64,000 nt of DNA from Bacteroidia bacterium (GCA_965279035.1 OZ257142.1:4000001-4064000), one strand, 5' to 3'; positions 10,435 through 20,715 are shown, counted from the stretch's first letter. Made by a program: numbers and translations. The notes: a model not told the origin generated them from the sequence alone.

Positions 10435-11576
10435 ACCTTAGCTAAAGCGACATCTATATCAGCTAACAGATCTTCAACGTCCTCAATTCCTACCGAAAGT
10501 CGAATCAATCCTTCCACTACTCCAATGCGATCGCGCTCAGCTTTTGGAATCGAAGCATGCGTCATGGATGAGGGATGATTGACCAAAGATTCCACACCAC
10601 CCAAACTTTCTGCTAATGCAAATAAATTGGTGTTCGTCAAGAACCGACGAGCAGCTTCTCCCGATTCATCCTTCAACGTAAAACTCATCATTCCACCAAA
10701 ATCGCGCATTTGCTTTTTAGCAATAGCATGATTCGGATGATCTTCAAATCCTGGCCAATACACTTTGCCAACTTTCGGATGATTGCGCAAATGATTGGCT
10801 ATGATGCGCCCGTTTTCGCAATGTGCTTTCATACGAACGTGCAGTGTTTTCAAGCCTCGCAATACTAGAAAACAATCCATCGGTCCGGGAACCGCGCCGC
10901 AGCTTTTCTGAATAAAATAGAGTTTCTCGCGTAATGCCGGATCGTTCATCATCAAGCAACCATGAATTAAATCACTATGTCCTCCAAGGTATTTTGTACC
11001 CGAATGCAAAACGATATCAGCTCCTAGATCCAATGGATTCTGTAGCCAAGGTGTTGCGAAGGTATTGTCAACTGTTAAGAGGATATTTTTTCCTTTCAAT
11101 ATCGCTGCAACAGCTGCAATATCAGTAATGCTCATCAGCGGATTGGTAGGAGTTTCGGTCCAAACCAAGCGTGTTTTATCATTAATAAGCGGACGAATAT
11201 TCTCAGGATTTCCCATGTTCACAAAGTGAAATCGGATTCCCATTGGCTCGTAAATCTTAGTAAACAAACGATACGTTCCACCATACATATCGTCGGCAGC
11301 AATCACTTCATCACCCGGAAGCAACAACTTCATCACTGTATCAGTTGCTGCTACACCACTGCCGAAACTTAAGCCAAATGCCGCATTTTCTATAGCAGCC
11401 AAACAATCTTCCAGCGCCTTACGTGTAGGATTCTGTGAACGCGCATACTCATAGCCTTTGTGTGTTGCCGGAGCTTCTTGCACGTAGGTAGAAGTTTGGT
11501 AAATGGGCGTCATGATGGCACCAGTACTTGGATCGGGCGCTTGTCCGGCGTGAATGAGTTTGGTAGCGAGTTTCAT
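10431..11576 (-). CDS. Cystathionine gamma-synthase/gamma-lyase (Cys/Met PLP-dependent family)
   Basis: TGAIMTPIYQTSTY, YARSQNPTR, VDNTFATP, HSGTKYLGGHSD (PLP Lys), AESLGGVESL; likely start MKLATK at 11576. Confidence 0.93.
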   Translation of the reverse strand: MKLATKLIHAGQAPDPSTGAIMTPIYQTSTYVQEAPATHKGYEYARSQNPTRKALEDCLAAIENAAFGLSFGSGVAATDTVMKLLLPGDEVIAADDMYGGTYRLFTKIYEPMGIRFHFVNMGNPENIRPLINDKTRLVWTETPTNPLMSITDIAAVAAILKGKNILLTVDNTFATPWLQNPLDLGADIVLHSGTKYLGGHSDLIHGCLMMNDPALREKLYFIQKSCGAVPGPMDCFLVLRGLKTLHVRMKAHCENGRIIANHLRNHPKVGKVYWPGFEDHPNHAIAKKQMRDFGGMMSFTLKDESGEAARRFLTNTNLFALAESLGGVESLVNHPSSMTHASIPKAERDRIGVVEGLIRLSVGIEDVEDLLADIDVALAKV

Positions 11577-11642
11577 TGAATTGAATGTGTTGCTTGATTC
11601 CTGAAACCGAAAACCGATTTTCAAGAAGAATATAAATTCCTG

Positions 11643-12908
11643 TTATGATGCAGGTAAAATCGTGGTTATTACTTCCCCAAAGCCAATACGTACTTGTTCG
11701 TTTTTCGCATAGGCTTTCATAATCACTGTATCGTGATCTTGAATGAATTTACGCTCGGTATTATTGGGCAGTTTGAGCGGTTCTGTTCCGCGCCATGTGA
11801 GTTCTAACATAGAACCAAAACTATCGCGAATGGGTCCGCTAATCGTACCGGAAGCATACAAATCACCAACTTGAATATTGCAACCATTGGATGCCTGATG
11901 GGTGAGTTGTTGTACCATATTCCAGTACATGTATTTGAAATTGGAATGCACTATACGTGCAGCATTGAAACGTTGTGTTTCCAATAACACTTCCAACTCG
12001 ATATCGTAATTATGAGAACCCTTGAACTGCAAGTAGGGCAATGGTTTCGGATCTTGAACGGGGCCTTCTACTCGGAAAGGTTCCAAGGCATCCAGACTCA
12101 CAACCCAAGCACTTACACTCGAAGCAAAACTCTTAGCTAAAAACGGCCCGAGTGGCACATATTCCCAGCTTTGCATATCGCGTGCACTCCAATCGTTGAA
12201 GAGCACCATTCCATAAATATAATCTTCGGCTTCGCTAATATTAACTGGAGTTCCGAGTGGATTCGAGCGACAAGTAACAAAAGCCATCTCCAATTCAAAA
12301 TCGAGCTGTTGCGTTGGACCAAATGATGGAGAATCCTGATCGGCTGCTTTGGTTTGTCCTTTCGGACGTTTCACCGGTGTGCCGCTTAAAATGATAGAAG
12401 AAGCGCGACCGTGATATCCGATTGGAATGTGTTTCCAATTAGGTAAGAGTGCATTCGCAGGATCACGAAACATGCTTCCAACATTGGTTGCATGTTCGAT
12501 GCTTGAATAGAAATCGGTGTAATTACCCACTTTCAATGGCATGCATACTTCCACCTGAGAAATAGGTAACAAACAGGATTCGCGCAAGTCAACGTCTTTA
12601 CGTAAGTCGTTGTGTTTATCATCGAGCAAACGAGAAATACGATTACGCAAATCACGCATCAAGTCTTTCCCTAATGCAATGCAGGCATTGATAGAATCTT
12701 GTTCGAAAATCTGTTGAACGAAATCCACTCCTAGCAATCCACTTTTATTCAACACCGCTAAATCGAGCACATGATCGCCAATGCGCGTTGCCACATGATG
12801 ATGCTCGTTAATACAGATAACACCCAAAGGAAGATTCTGTATTGGGAAATCGGAATTTTCAGGAACTGGAACCCATGAACGTAAATTAGGATCGTTAGCG
12901 CGTATCAT
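11643..12908 (-). CDS. fahA: Fumarylacetoacetase
   Basis: SDFPIQNLP, YTDFYSSIEHATNVG, YHGRASS, LDFELE, NDWSARD, GDLYASGTISG. Confidence 0.96.
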   Translation of the reverse strand: MIRANDPNLRSWVPVPENSDFPIQNLPLGVICINEHHHVATRIGDHVLDLAVLNKSGLLGVDFVQQIFEQDSINACIALGKDLMRDLRNRISRLLDDKHNDLRKDVDLRESCLLPISQVEVCMPLKVGNYTDFYSSIEHATNVGSMFRDPANALLPNWKHIPIGYHGRASSIILSGTPVKRPKGQTKAADQDSPSFGPTQQLDFELEMAFVTCRSNPLGTPVNISEAEDYIYGMVLFNDWSARDMQSWEYVPLGPFLAKSFASSVSAWVVSLDALEPFRVEGPVQDPKPLPYLQFKGSHNYDIELEVLLETQRFNAARIVHSNFKYMYWNMVQQLTHQASNGCNIQVGDLYASGTISGPIRDSFGSMLELTWRGTEPLKLPNNTERKFIQDHDTVIMKAYAKNEQVRIGFGEVITTILPAS

Positions 12909-12944
12909 ATAGGATAGATTTTTTAATTGAAATCAGCTTTTTTA

Positions 12945-14216
12945 TTAGGCAAATAGAGGATAATCTCCCATCAACTTATTCACTTTCTTTCCAATCGATG
13001 CTAGTTTTTTATCATCCGTATGATTCACAATGGCTTCATCAATCCAATTTACAATCTGCGGAATTTCCTTTTCGGTAATTCCTCGTGTAGTGATTGCAGC
13101 TGTTCCCACACGAATTCCAGAAGTCACAAAAGGTGATTTATCATCAAATGGAACCATGTTTTTATTCACGGTGATATCGGCTTTTCCTAAGGCAATTTCA
13201 GCTTCTTTTCCTGTCACATTCTTCGAGCGCATATCAATCAACATCAGGTGATTATCCGTTCCTCCAGAAATTATATTATAGCCTTTTTTCACGAGTGCTT
13301 TTGCCATCACCTGTGCATTTTTCTGCACACGTAAAATATAATCCATGTAATCATCTGTCAATGCTTCACCAAATGCAACCGCTTTAGCTGCAATGATATG
13401 CTCCAAAGGTCCACCTTGAGTTCCCGGAAATACACCAGAATCAAGCAATGCCGACATCATCCGTAATTCACCTTTCGGCGTTTTCAAACCAAATGGATTT
13501 TCGAAATCTTGTCCCATCATAATCACTCCTCCACGCGGTCCACGAAGGGTTTTATGCGTGGTTGAAGTCACAATATGGCAATGTGGAAGTGGATCGTTTA
13601 ATAAGCCTTTAGCGATGAGTCCGGATGGATGTGAAATATCGGCTAACAATAAAGCTCCAACAGAATCTGCAATAGCACGCAAACGGACATAATCCCAATC
13701 ACGACTATAAGCAGAAGCTCCGCAAATAATCATTTTAGGTTTTTCTTTTTTGGCCGTTTTCTCCACTTTATCCCAATCAATCAAACCGGTTTCGCGCTCA
13801 ACACCATAGAATGAAGGCTGATATAATTTACCTGAGAAATTCACCGGTGAGCCATGCGTTAAATGTCCGCCATGACTTAGATCAAAGCCTAAAATTTTAT
13901 CACCCGGATTCAAGCAAGCTAACATGACAGCTGCATTAGCCTGCGCTCCCGAATGCGGCTGTACGTTTGCCCATGTAGCATTAAACAAGGTTTTCAGACG
14001 ATTGATCGCGATATTTTCAATTTCATCTACCCATTCACAACCACCATAATACCGCTTGCCCGGAAGTCCTTCGGCATACTTGTTCGTTAACACCGAACCA
14101 GCTGCTTTCATCACCTGATTACTCACATAATTCTCGGATGCAATCAGCTCTATTCCTACCGTTTGGCGATGAAGTTCCTCATCGATCAATTCAAAAATTA
14201 CCTTGTCTTTTTTCAT
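12945..14216 (-). CDS. glyA: Serine hydroxymethyltransferase
   Basis: [35 protein letters not shown]; start MKKDK at 14216, downstream of a TATTTTTG box. Confidence 0.98.
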   Translation of the reverse strand: MKKDKVIFELIDEELHRQTVGIELIASENYVSNQVMKAAGSVLTNKYAEGLPGKRYYGGCEWVDEIENIAINRLKTLFNATWANVQPHSGAQANAAVMLACLNPGDKILGFDLSHGGHLTHGSPVNFSGKLYQPSFYGVERETGLIDWDKVEKTAKKEKPKMIICGASAYSRDWDYVRLRAIADSVGALLLADISHPSGLIAKGLLNDPLPHCHIVTSTTHKTLRGPRGGVIMMGQDFENPFGLKTPKGELRMMSALLDSGVFPGTQGGPLEHIIAAKAVAFGEALTDDYMDYILRVQKNAQVMAKALVKKGYNIISGGTDNHLMLIDMRSKNVTGKEAEIALGKADITVNKNMVPFDDKSPFVTSGIRVGTAAITTRGITEKEIPQIVNWIDEAIVNHTDDKKLASIGKKVNKLMGDYPLFA

Positions 14217-14237
14217 GCTGTGTGGTTCAAACGAGGG

Positions 14238-14245
14238 CAAAAATA
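14238..14245 (-). promoter_or_regulatory. Bacteroidota -7 promoter box for glyA
   Basis: TATTTTTG (TAnnTTTG consensus) on the minus strand, about 21 nt upstream of the ATG. Confidence 0.6.
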
Positions 14246-14271
14246 GTGTTTTGAAGCAGACAACACCGAAT

Positions 14272-14512
14272 GATTTTTTAATAACCCAATACTAGCTTTT
14301 TACACATCTGCAGCATCCATCCCCCAGCATCTCCGGACTTCAGTCCGGAGTGATTTTTTTGTCCCCCAATCCAAGCATATTACCCATCTGTTACATCCAT
14401 CCTCCCAGCACCTCCGGACTTCAGTCTGATAAGATTTTTTTGTCCCCCAATCCAAGCATATTACCCATCTGTTGCATCCATCCCCCCAGCACCTCCGGAC
14501 TTCAGTCCGGAG
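14272..14512. repeat. Three tandem ~81-bp units each ending in a REP-like palindrome CTCCGGAC-TTCA-GTCCGGAG
   Basis: Palindromes start at 14331, 14412 (right arm decayed) and 14493. Inter-palindrome sequence is also repeated (...CCCAATCCAAGCATATTACCCATCTG...). Partial inverted copy GACTGAAGTCCGAG at 14621-14634. Confidence 0.9.
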
Positions 14513-14639
14513 ACTCTTCTAGCATAAAATTCCAGAAGAGCCATTTGCCTTTTGCAATCTACTAGCATCTATACTCGAGCTTGCTAGCTAGAGAATGTGA
14601 GATTGTGGTATGAATGCTACGACTGAAGTCCGAGCTTGC

Positions 14640-14647
14640 TACATTTG
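14640..14647 (+). promoter_or_regulatory. -7 promoter box for the NMO/FabK-like gene
   Basis: TACATTTG, 17 nt upstream of ATG 14665. Confidence 0.6.
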
Positions 14648-14664
14648 CACTTTAACTTCCTCCC

Positions 14665-15612
14665 ATGAACAATCGCATCACCCAACTTTTTGGAATTCAA
14701 TATCCTATTATTCAAGCCGGAATGATTTGGTGCAGTGGATGGGAACTGGCTTCGGCGGTGAGTAATGCAGGTGGATTGGGAATTATTGGTGCAGGTTCGA
14801 TGTATCCGGATGTTTTACGTGAGCAAATTAAGAAATGCCAAGCTGCTACCGATAAGCCTTTCGGGGTGAATATTCCACTACTCTACCCCAACATTGAGGA
14901 GCACATGAATATTCTGGTAGAAACGGGTGTGAAGATCGTTTTTACTTCCGCTGGAAATCCTGCTACCTGGACTTCTTGGCTTAAAGAGCGCGGTATGACG
15001 GTAGTTCACGTGATTGCGAATACCAAATTTGCACTTAAATGTGAAGCTGCTGGAGTAGATGCGATTGTGGCAGAAGGCTTCGAAGCAGGCGGACATAATG
15101 GTCGTGAAGAAACTACCACTTTAGTGTTGATTCCACTCATCCGCCAGGCGGTTAAAATTCCACTCATTGCTGCAGGAGGAATTGGAAATGGTGCACAAAT
15201 GGCGGCTTGTTTGGCTTTAGGTGCCGAAGCGGTGCAGATTGGAAGTCGCTTTGTGGCTACACCCGAATCGTCGGGACATGAGGCGTTTAAGCAACGTGTC
15301 ATTTCATCTGCCGAAGGCGATACCCAACTTTCTCTAAAAACATTAACACCAGTTCGCTTGTTGAAGAATTCCTTTGCCCAAAACATCCAACAGGCAGAAG
15401 CTCAAGGTGCATCGAAAGAAACCTTAATCGAAATGCTCGGTCGCGGAAGAGCAAAAAAGGGAATGTTCGAAGGTGAAATGGAAGAGGGTGAACTCGAGAT
15501 TGGACAAGTAAGCAGCCTCATTCGAGAAATAAAACCTGCTGCTGAAGTCGTTTTGGAAATAATGAATGATTGCAAAGCCGCCATTCAACACTGCTATCAA
15601 CTAATACACTAA
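14665..15612 (+). CDS. Nitronate monooxygenase / FabK-like flavin oxidoreductase
   Basis: YPIIQAGM, AVSNAGGLG, EGFEAGGH, IAAGGI, GAEAVQIGSRF. Confidence 0.9.
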   Translation: MNNRITQLFGIQYPIIQAGMIWCSGWELASAVSNAGGLGIIGAGSMYPDVLREQIKKCQAATDKPFGVNIPLLYPNIEEHMNILVETGVKIVFTSAGNPATWTSWLKERGMTVVHVIANTKFALKCEAAGVDAIVAEGFEAGGHNGREETTTLVLIPLIRQAVKIPLIAAGGIGNGAQMAACLALGAEAVQIGSRFVATPESSGHEAFKQRVISSAEGDTQLSLKTLTPVRLLKNSFAQNIQQAEAQGASKETLIEMLGRGRAKKGMFEGEMEEGELEIGQVSSLIREIKPAAEVVLEIMNDCKAAIQHCYQLIH

Positions 15613-15655
15613 TAAATTAATTGTAATTACTTGTTGAACTCTATCAGTCATAGAA

Positions 15656-16357
15656 TCAATTTACACTGACAATTACAGTTTGACTTATTGTTGCAATAAA
15701 TCTGCTGCCAGCAGGTAAAATTGCGTCCTTGCCTTTCATCAAAAGAACTGGCCAAAAAATCAAAGCTCCAATTATAACTGCCTCATTAGTCCGATTTTCA
15801 CCTTCTTTAGATAAAATCCCAGTTAATGGAATTGTTTGTCCATCTACTCCAAGTACTTGGTTGATTTGAATATCAAGCTTTCCTTCCTGTCCTAAACCTC
15901 GTGCTTTTTCAGAATTGACAATAATACCTTGGATTTTTTGTCCTCCTAACACGACTGTTTTTTGGTCAATCACTACATCATTTACAACTTGAAATTCTAT
16001 CGTTTGTCCAAGCGAAACAAGTTTTGAATTCAATTCATTTACAAGCATTACATTGATCTGAGTACCTGCTTTTAATTCTCGATGATTAGCATCGATGATC
16101 TGCTTTGAAGGTTCCACCAAATTATTAGCTTGAGTAAAAACATCCTTAGTCCCATTCGCATATTTAATCATAAAAACTTCAGATTTATACCGCGTGTAGA
16201 GTGGACCATCTTTATCATTGTGCTTTTTGTATTGAATATCAGTTGGGTTTATCGCAATGACTTTCGCCATTATTTCTTCACCTGATTTCAAAAAAATTAT
16301 GTCCTGTGCTTTTGTTGCTTGAACAACGAAAAGAAGCATATAAAGAAGGAATTTCAT
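15656..16357 (-). CDS. Hypothetical exported protein
   Basis: Signal peptide ending ..KAQD, QDIIFLKSGEEI.AKV..I....I.YKK N-domain typical of Bacteroidota, C-terminal GALIFWP segment. Start 16357 supported by TACTTTTG at 16377-16384. Confidence 0.7.
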   Translation of the reverse strand: MKFLLYMLLFVVQATKAQDIIFLKSGEEIMAKVIAINPTDIQYKKHNDKDGPLYTRYKSEVFMIKYANGTKDVFTQANNLVEPSKQIIDANHRELKAGTQINVMLVNELNSKLVSLGQTIEFQVVNDVVIDQKTVVLGGQKIQGIIVNSEKARGLGQEGKLDIQINQVLGVDGQTIPLTGILSKEGENRTNEAVIIGALIFWPVLLMKGKDAILPAGSRFIATISQTVIVSVN

Positions 16358-16541
16358 TTGAGGATGTAGCATAAAGCAAAAGTATAAATAGTAAACTAGT
16401 TTGCTATTCGTGTTCAAAATAAAGAGTCTTGAGGAGCTTAAAGTCTTAAGGTTATCTCTGTCAGAAACTCAGTATTAAAATCCAATTTTGAGCGTTTTCA
16501 ACTGCTTGTACTGTAGTATTTTTATCACACAATTTTAGGTC

Positions 16542-17777
16542 ATGCTGGCAGAATTAATAACCATTGGCGACGAAATATTGATTGGACAAATAGTCGATAC
16601 GAATTCAGCTTGGATGGCACAGGAGCTCAATTTAATTGGCGTGAAGGTGAAACAAATCACTTCTGTTTCGGACGATCGAGAACATATTTTAGCTGCTCTG
16701 AAAGAAGCATCTCAACGAGCAAATGTGGTTTTGATCACCGGTGGATTAGGTCCGACCAAAGATGATATTACCAAAGCCACGATGTGCGAGTATTTTGGTG
16801 GTGGATTGGTTTTTAGTCAGGAACAATACGATCAGGTGGAGCGGATTTTTCGCAGTTTCGGACGAGAAGTAACGCCAACAAACCGCAAGCAGGCTGAGAT
16901 TCCAGAGCGTTGCGAATTAGTGGTGAACTATAATGGAACGGCGCCGGGCATGTGGTTCGAAAAAGATGGCGTGTGTTATATGTCGATGCCGGGTGTGCCT
17001 TATGAGATGAAGGCGATGATGGAGCATCAAGTTTTACCTCGAATCAAAGCGCGTTTTCAAACTCCGGTGATTTTACATCGTACTATTTTAACTCAAGGAA
17101 TTGGGGAAAGTATGTTGTCGGATATGATTGAGAATTGGGAAGAAAATCTCCCTGCTCATTTGAAATTGGCGTATTTACCGAGTGCCGGAATGGTTCGACT
17201 TCGCATCAGTGCTAGCGGAGCAGATGAGGAAAAATTAGGGAATGAAATCAATGAGCAAGCTGAGAAGTTGTATGCCATTGCTGGAAAATATATTTATGGT
17301 GAAGGAGAAGAAACGCTCGAAGGCAATCTAATTAATCGATTGCGTGAATTGGGAAAAAGACTTTCTGTGGCCGAAAGTTGCACCGGAGGAAATATTGCGC
17401 ATTTGATTACGAGCATTCCCGGAGCATCGGATGTTTTCGAAGGTGGCGCTATAACGTATAGCAAAGAATTAAAAGTGAGTGTTCTGGGTGTAAATCCTGA
17501 AACCATTAAACAGGCTGGTGTTGTAAGTGAAGCAACTGCCATCGAAATGGTTGATGGTGCTCAAAAGAAGTTCAAGACAGATTATGCCATAGCAGTAACA
17601 GGAGTTGCTGGACCAGATGATGATGAGGAAGGAAATCCGGTAGGATGCGTATGGATTGCGATTGCAGGACCTGATTTTAGAGAAGCTAAAAAATTTCAAT
17701 TTAGCCGAAATCGAGGGCGCAACATCACCATGGCATCTTTATCAGCCTTGAATTATTTAAGAATTAAGCTTGGATAA
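16542..17777 (+). CDS. cinA: CinA: MocF-like domain fused to NMN deamidase (PncC)
   Basis: IGDEILIGQIVDTN, TGGLGPTKDD, PGVPYEM, SVAESCTGG, TGVAGP. Confidence 0.95.
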   Translation: MLAELITIGDEILIGQIVDTNSAWMAQELNLIGVKVKQITSVSDDREHILAALKEASQRANVVLITGGLGPTKDDITKATMCEYFGGGLVFSQEQYDQVERIFRSFGREVTPTNRKQAEIPERCELVVNYNGTAPGMWFEKDGVCYMSMPGVPYEMKAMMEHQVLPRIKARFQTPVILHRTILTQGIGESMLSDMIENWEENLPAHLKLAYLPSAGMVRLRISASGADEEKLGNEINEQAEKLYAIAGKYIYGEGEETLEGNLINRLRELGKRLSVAESCTGGNIAHLITSIPGASDVFEGGAITYSKELKVSVLGVNPETIKQAGVVSEATAIEMVDGAQKKFKTDYAIAVTGVAGPDDDEEGNPVGCVWIAIAGPDFREAKKFQFSRNRGRNITMASLSALNYLRIKLG

Positions 17778-18251
17778 TTATTGAATCTTCGTGGCAATAC
17801 CTCGACGACCAATACTGACATTGTCGTTGAAAATGATGTATTCGCATTTAATTCCACTTAAACTAGATACCGTGAAATTTCCACTGATTGTTAAAGAATC
17901 ACCAAAAGATTGCTCAGGAATGGAGAGGGTATTCGGTTTAGAATTCGCCTCAAGCGTGTCGGAATAGGTTCCATCGGCATTGCGCCAAAAGAATTTCACC
18001 TTGGCATGATTCACTGTTTGAACACGAATATCGATGGTACGAACTTCATCGGCAGTATAAACTCCAAATGCTAAAATAGAATCGTGTGCTTCCCAACGGC
18101 CGGCAAAAGGATCGGAATCGTAGCGACAAGAGCCATCGTCGTTGGTGTATTTATCTTTGTAATTGTTCGCATTGGGATCGGTGCAGCCGTCGCGGTCGCA
18201 GGAAGTAAAGGCAATACAAAGAGTGAAAAGTAGAAAGCCGAAAAATTTCAT
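17778..18251 (-). CDS. Lipoprotein with GCTDPxAxNY...DDGSC motif
   Basis: Lipobox FTSC followed by DGCTDPNANNY...DDGSC; ATG at 18251. Confidence 0.75.
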   Translation of the reverse strand: MKFFGFLLFTLCIAFTSCDRDGCTDPNANNYKDKYTNDDGSCRYDSDPFAGRWEAHDSILAFGVYTADEVRTIDIRVQTVNHAKVKFFWRNADGTYSDTLEANSKPNTLSIPEQSFGDSLTISGNFTVSSLSGIKCEYIIFNDNVSIGRRGIATKIQ

Positions 18252-18319
18252 GAGCAAAAATCAGATCGGCAAATTAAGCGCAAAGATCGATTCGATGGTA
18301 TGAATAGAAGGAAAATAGC

Positions 18320-18826
18320 TCATTGAGGATGACCATCTGAAATACATGAATCAAATTGATCATTTCCAATATCAAAATGGTGAACAAATATGATTGAGTC
18401 AGGAAAAATATTAATGTGCCCCCAAAATCTGATAGAATCTATAATTGAAGGCGAAGTGGAATTAGGTATAAATACAAATTGGGGATGAATGGTAATCGTT
18501 ATTGAATCATTAGAAATAATACTATCGATAACTCCAACCAATTGGTTTTCTGTGTTTGCAAAATTTGAAATTATAACCTGATTAGAATTTGTAGAATCCT
18601 GAGCTATATTCAATTGGTATGAAGAATCTGAAACTCCAGTCAAGATACATTGCCAAGAATCAATCATATATGTATTGTATATGTAATTATAGGAAATTGA
18701 ATCATTTGTCGCTGTTGAATCTGTAAGTGGAAGTCCCGGATCAGGATCACAGCCACTAAAAGGAAGTAAGATTCCGATAGTTAAAAGTGATACAAAGAAA
18801 ATTGATTGAGCAATAATTCGTTTCAT
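18320..18826 (-). CDS. Hypothetical lipoprotein
   Basis: Hydrophobic leader with FSGC lipobox; Asp/Ser/Ile-rich beta-like body. Confidence 0.65.
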   Translation of the reverse strand: MKRIIAQSIFFVSLLTIGILLPFSGCDPDPGLPLTDSTATNDSISYNYIYNTYMIDSWQCILTGVSDSSYQLNIAQDSTNSNQVIISNFANTENQLVGVIDSIISNDSITITIHPQFVFIPNSTSPSIIDSIRFWGHINIFPDSIIFVHHFDIGNDQFDSCISDGHPQ

Positions 18827-18966
18827 GGAAATACAATATGATTAAAAGTACTAATATTCTTTAAGGAATTCGAGTTTACTCAATTACTAGAAAAAAGTAT
18901 AACTCATTACATAAGAACATAATTTCCTTTCTAATGCAATTTTCATTTTCCCATTCACAGAATTAC

Positions 18967-18974
18967 TATTTTTG
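18967..18974 (+). promoter_or_regulatory. -7 promoter box
   Basis: TATTTTTG upstream of ATG 19003. Confidence 0.6.
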
Positions 18975-19002
18975 CCCTCGAATATTCAAAAACCTATAAA
19001 CC

Positions 19003-19431
19003 ATGAAAAAAATGCTTTTCATTTTTTCTGCAGTTGCTCTTGCAACCATGACTGCTTGCGGTCCAAGCGCAGAAGAACTGGCTAAAAAAGAACAAGCTTC
19101 AAAGGATTCTATCGCTGCAGTTGAAAAAGCACGTCAGGATTCAATCGATTCAGCTATGAAAGAACAAGCACGTCTTGATTCAATCGCTAATGCTGATGCA
19201 ATGGCTGCTGCTGAAGCTGCTGCTGCAACACCAACAAAAGGTGGTCATTCTTCTAAAGGTACAACAACGAAGAAAGATGAACCTAAAAAAGAAGATCCTA
19301 AAAACATGAAGGATGCAACTAAAAATGGATCTAGCAACCCTCAGAACATGAAAGATGCCGTTAAAAAAGAAGAAAAAAGCGGTACAACTGGTGGAGCGAA
19401 GTCTATGAAAGACGCAATGAAAGGGAAATAA
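19003..19431 (+). CDS. Ala/Lys-rich lipoprotein with DSI and MKDA repeats
   Basis: MTAC lipobox, three DSI heptad-like repeats and three MKDA repeats; own promoter and terminator. Confidence 0.8.
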   Translation: MKKMLFIFSAVALATMTACGPSAEELAKKEQASKDSIAAVEKARQDSIDSAMKEQARLDSIANADAMAAAEAAAATPTKGGHSSKGTTTKKDEPKKEDPKNMKDATKNGSSNPQNMKDAVKKEEKSGTTGGAKSMKDAMKGK

Positions 19432-19454
19432 TCCCATTCAACTTAATCTATATG

Positions 19455-19486
19455 AAACCTTCTCATTTCTGAGGAGGTTTTTTTTT
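19455..19486 (+). terminator. Rho-independent terminator
   Basis: AAACCTTCTCA-tttc-TGAGGAGGTTT followed by a T-run. Confidence 0.75.
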
Positions 19487-19640
19487 ACCCTATAAAACCC
19501 CAAAACAAGATTATACTAGAATTGTCAATTGATTGGATTACTCCTATTTATTCAGCCTAATTAATTATCCTAGTTCAAAATTCTATCAACAATCAATATG
19601 AGCTTGATATTTCAATTCTGAAATGAATCAGTATTCTCCA

Positions 19641-19673
19641 AAAAAAAAGGCTGCCCAAATGGACAGCCTTTTT
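19641..19673 (-). terminator. Rho-independent terminator (bidirectional-looking)
   Basis: A-run, AGGCTG.CCA / TGG.CAGCCT stem, T-run; just past the stop at 19690. Confidence 0.75.
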
Positions 19674-19689
19674 ATAATTTAAGAAAAGC

Positions 19690-20190
19690 TTATTGCTTGT
19701 TCCAAGTTTCGCTGCAAGTCAACGTGTTTGTACCGAAAGTATAGGTAACAGTTAAGTTAATTGTAGTACCTGAAAGAGTTCCTGTTGTTGAAGAAACTGA
19801 CCAAGAATCACCATCAGAATCTGTTACATTCTGAGTATTGATTTTGATTGTGCTTCCTTCAATATCAGCTGTAAGAGAAGCACTTGCTCCTAAACCTCCA
19901 ATATTTGTTACTACTACTTTTTTCTTACTTGATGATGACGTAGATACTGTTGTATTCCAAGTTGAACCAGTTACACAAGGTGAAGTCGTTGTATAAACCC
20001 CAATGAATTTCTCACTGTCATAAGTACAAGTTCCATCATCAGTATCTGCTTTCTCATCATAATTATTCGCATCTACATTTGTACAACCATCTTTTTTACA
20101 TCCACTGTAAGTCAATGTCATTGTTGTAGCTAAAAGGGCAAGTCCGAAAAAACGGATGTTTTTGGCAAGATTCATTTGAAATTTTTTCAT
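19690..20190 (-). CDS. Lipoprotein with GCT...ANNY...DDGTC motif
   Basis: YSGC lipobox, KKDGCTNVDANNYDEKADTDDGTC; TATTTTTG box at 20215-20222. Confidence 0.8.
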   Translation of the reverse strand: MKKFQMNLAKNIRFFGLALLATTMTLTYSGCKKDGCTNVDANNYDEKADTDDGTCTYDSEKFIGVYTTTSPCVTGSTWNTTVSTSSSSKKKVVVTNIGGLGASASLTADIEGSTIKINTQNVTDSDGDSWSVSSTTGTLSGTTINLTVTYTFGTNTLTCSETWNKQ

Positions 20191-20433
20191 GTCTGCTGTT
20201 TATAGGTTTGGGGGCAAAAATACATGAAATATCAAAACACCAAAATTTATAAATACCCGAATACGCCGATTTTGACCTCTTAATACATGCTCCTAAACCT
20301 GCTTTTTTTGCAAAAACAGTCATTTTAACCAATCAGAGCAAGGGATTAACATTTTTTTTGATTTTGCTTGTTGGTTTTTTATTTTTTTTAATTTTGTCTC
20401 GCTGAATCAATCAAAATAAAAACAAACAACAAC

Positions 20434-20667
20434 ATGAAAAAAGTAACTTTCGCCATCCTTACTGTAGGTGTAGCCCTTTTCGCTTCTTGCGGTGGAAACA
20501 ATGCTGAAGCTGAAAAAGCTAAAGCTGACTCAATTGCTGCTGCTGCTAAAGCTGATTCTATCGCTAAAGCTGAAGCTGACGCTGCTGCTGCTGCACAAGC
20601 TGCAAATGACACTACAGCAAAAGACACTTCTGCTGCTGCTCCTGCTGCTGCTCCTGCTGCACACTAA
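20434..20667 (+). CDS. Small Ala-rich lipoprotein (KADSI repeats)
   Basis: FASC lipobox, strong GCT/AAA codon bias, TAATTTTG box at 20389-20396, terminator immediately downstream. Confidence 0.82.
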   Translation: MKKVTFAILTVGVALFASCGGNNAEAEKAKADSIAAAAKADSIAKAEADAAAAAQAANDTTAKDTSAAAPAAAPAAH

Positions 20668-20687
20668 TCAGTACTTAAGAACTGAAG

Positions 20688-20715
20688 AAAAATCCCGCCT
20701 TGTGCGGGATTTTTT
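20688..20715 (+). terminator. Rho-independent terminator
   Basis: AAAAATCCCGC-cttgt-GCGGGATTTTT. Confidence 0.85.

Noticed and set aside
14272-14512. Possible CRISPR array (regularly spaced palindromes)
   Set aside because: The would-be spacers are copies of each other, there are only three units, and no cas genes; it is a tandem REP-containing repeat.
14350-14565. 71-aa ORF with a 27-aa repeat
   Set aside because: A by-product of the 81-bp DNA repeat; no independent coding evidence.
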